From contig CAYXZQ010000005.1 of the NCBI GenBank assembly GCA_964469935.1, positions 1-57,670 on the forward strand: a stretch of DNA of 57,670 nt, read 5' to 3'. This DNA comes from an uncultured Methanosarcinales archaeon (lineage in GTDB: Archaea; Nanobdellota; Nanobdellia; Woesearchaeales; DSVV01). The stretch's first letter is position 1. Every line of letters begins with the position of its first letter. Both the position numbers and the translations under genes were made by a program. The notes under the pieces are model-generated. The model made no database searches and had not been told where the DNA came from. It worked only from the letters and a program-made list of their open reading frames with translations. This document shows positions 56,478 through 57,670 of this stretch, one piece after another.

Positions 56478-57670
56478 TCACCCAGTATACGGGTCCAGGC
56501 CGAAGAGCCGCAGCCCGCCCGTGCTGTAGTCGCCTGTGCCGGTGATGTTTGCGTATATCCTCTCAGTCGCGCCGGATGCGATGTCGCTGTCCCAGACATA
56601 GGAAGCGCCGCCTGCAAGGCTTCTGTTCCGGTCCGGGGGCCTCGAGAACCCTGTTATATTGAATTCCGAAGGCAGGAATGCGAATGTCCTGACGCCTGTA
56701 AGGTTGCAGAGCCCAAGGTTCTTGACAGCTGCGACAGTCCCGTACATGCCTTCTGAAAGGTTCCAAATGGCACCTGAGAAAGTCAGGTTCATGTTGTCCC
56801 TCAGGATATCGTGGAGCGTGATGTTGTTGTTTGTCATGTCAGTGTCAGTGTAGGCTGAAGAGAGGTTAGCAGCCATCGTTATGTTGTAGTATCCTTCTGC
56901 CACAGGCTTCCAGGGCATCGTGACTATCCTTGATTCGCCCACTGTCAGGTTCAGAGGCATGGTCCGAATGAGGTTGCTGTTCTCGTATAAGAGGACTGTT
57001 ATGTTGTAGACATCCTGCGCGCCCATGTTGCTGACATTTATAAGTACAGGGTTGTATATGCGCGGAAGGCAGGAGCTGTTTTCCATGTTCTCTGCCCTGA
57101 CAACTGCTATGTCGATGACATTCTTGATAAGGAATGAGCGGTTCTCAGAATATCCATAGAACATGTAATCCGCGCTTGCGTTGAATGTCACGATCCACGT
57201 GCCTTTCGGGTCTGTCTGCGGGAGAAGGTAGGTCGTGTTCCACTGCGAGCCGTTGAAGACCAGTCCCAGGCTCTTGTCTGTTCCGTTAGGCAGGTGCAGC
57301 ACTGCATTCATTCCTGCTTTATACGTGCTGTTGAGCTCCTGGAGAGTCTCCGGTCCGAGCGAGCTCAGCACTGCCCAGATAGATACATTGTTAGGCTTGA
57401 AGTATGAGTTGTTAGGGTGGAGGGCAGGATCCAGGAATGTTGCGTTCAGCCCGCCGTATATCATGAAGCTCCTAGTGTTTACGGCCTTTGAGCCAGAGGC
57501 TTCTGCCCACCACGTGTAGTTTCCTGCGTGCATGGCAGGTCCCGGGTCGTAGTCCAGCATTGCCTGGCCTGTGGAGTTTGTCAGGGCCCAGCCAAGCACG
57601 TACGGTCCGGACACAGACGGTTCTGTCATGTTCGCATAATATGTTATATTGATGCCTGAATTGTCAGCGT
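56478..57670 (-). CDS. C-terminal part of a large surface glycoprotein with a CARDB-like domain; the 5' end lies beyond the window
   Basis: The frame is open to the window edge; V.N.G....NITV.LY...D.TNN CARDB-like pattern; dense N-X-S/T sequons. Confidence 0.8.
   Translation of the reverse strand, partial: ADNSGINITYYANMTEPSVSGPYVLGWALTNSTGQAMLDYDPGPAMHAGNYTWWAEASGSKAVNTRSFMIYGGLNATFLDPALHPNNSYFKPNNVSIWAVLSSLGPETLQELNSTYKAGMNAVLHLPNGTDKSLGLVFNGSQWNTTYLLPQTDPKGTWIVTFNASADYMFYGYSENRSFLIKNVIDIAVVRAENMENSSCLPRIYNPVLINVSNMGAQDVYNITVLLYENSNLIRTMPLNLTVGESRIVTMPWKPVAEGYYNITMAANLSSAYTDTDMTNNNITLHDILRDNMNLTFSGAIWNLSEGMYGTVAAVKNLGLCNLTGVRTFAFLPSEFNITGFSRPPDRNRSLAGGASYVWDSDIASGATERIYANITGTGDYSTGGLRLFGLDPYTG

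Overview
Chromosomal segment of a DPANN archaeon, most likely Woesearchaeota-like. This is inferred from the archaeal exosome/proteasome superoperon, Sm-rpl37e, GINS-rpl44e, intron-containing tRNAs, a DPANN-style type IV pilus locus and the S-layer protein. From left to right it holds: (1) a type IV pilus/Tad-like locus with a Lys/Ala-rich-tailed ATPase, class III signal-peptide pilins, a 1614-aa vWA adhesin with apparently nested domain insertions, and a SET-domain gene at its head; (2) a thymidylate locus (tmk, Lrp-type regulator, DAC-domain protein, folA, thyA, NMP kinase) that also encodes an MtrA-like (corrinoid-binding) domain fused to a second, divergent thymidylate-synthase domain, which is my best candidate for an uncharacterised system; (3) mtaB, fba, an RHH-nucleotidyltransferase fusion and a phosphomannomutase; (4) rnp2-psmA-SBDS-rrp4-rrp41-rrp42; (5) Sm, rpl37e and tRNA-Leu, then a cluster of two ATP-grasp ligases, a PLP decarboxylase and M14/M32 peptidases; (6) S-layer, radical SAM, GINS, rpl44e, and tRNA-Gly followed by a structured 117-bp tandem repeat that re-copies the tRNA 3' end; (7) large surface proteins and a glycogen debranching enzyme. 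I saw no CRISPR array, rRNA, transposase or integrase. All family calls come from motifs recognised by eye, not from database searches.
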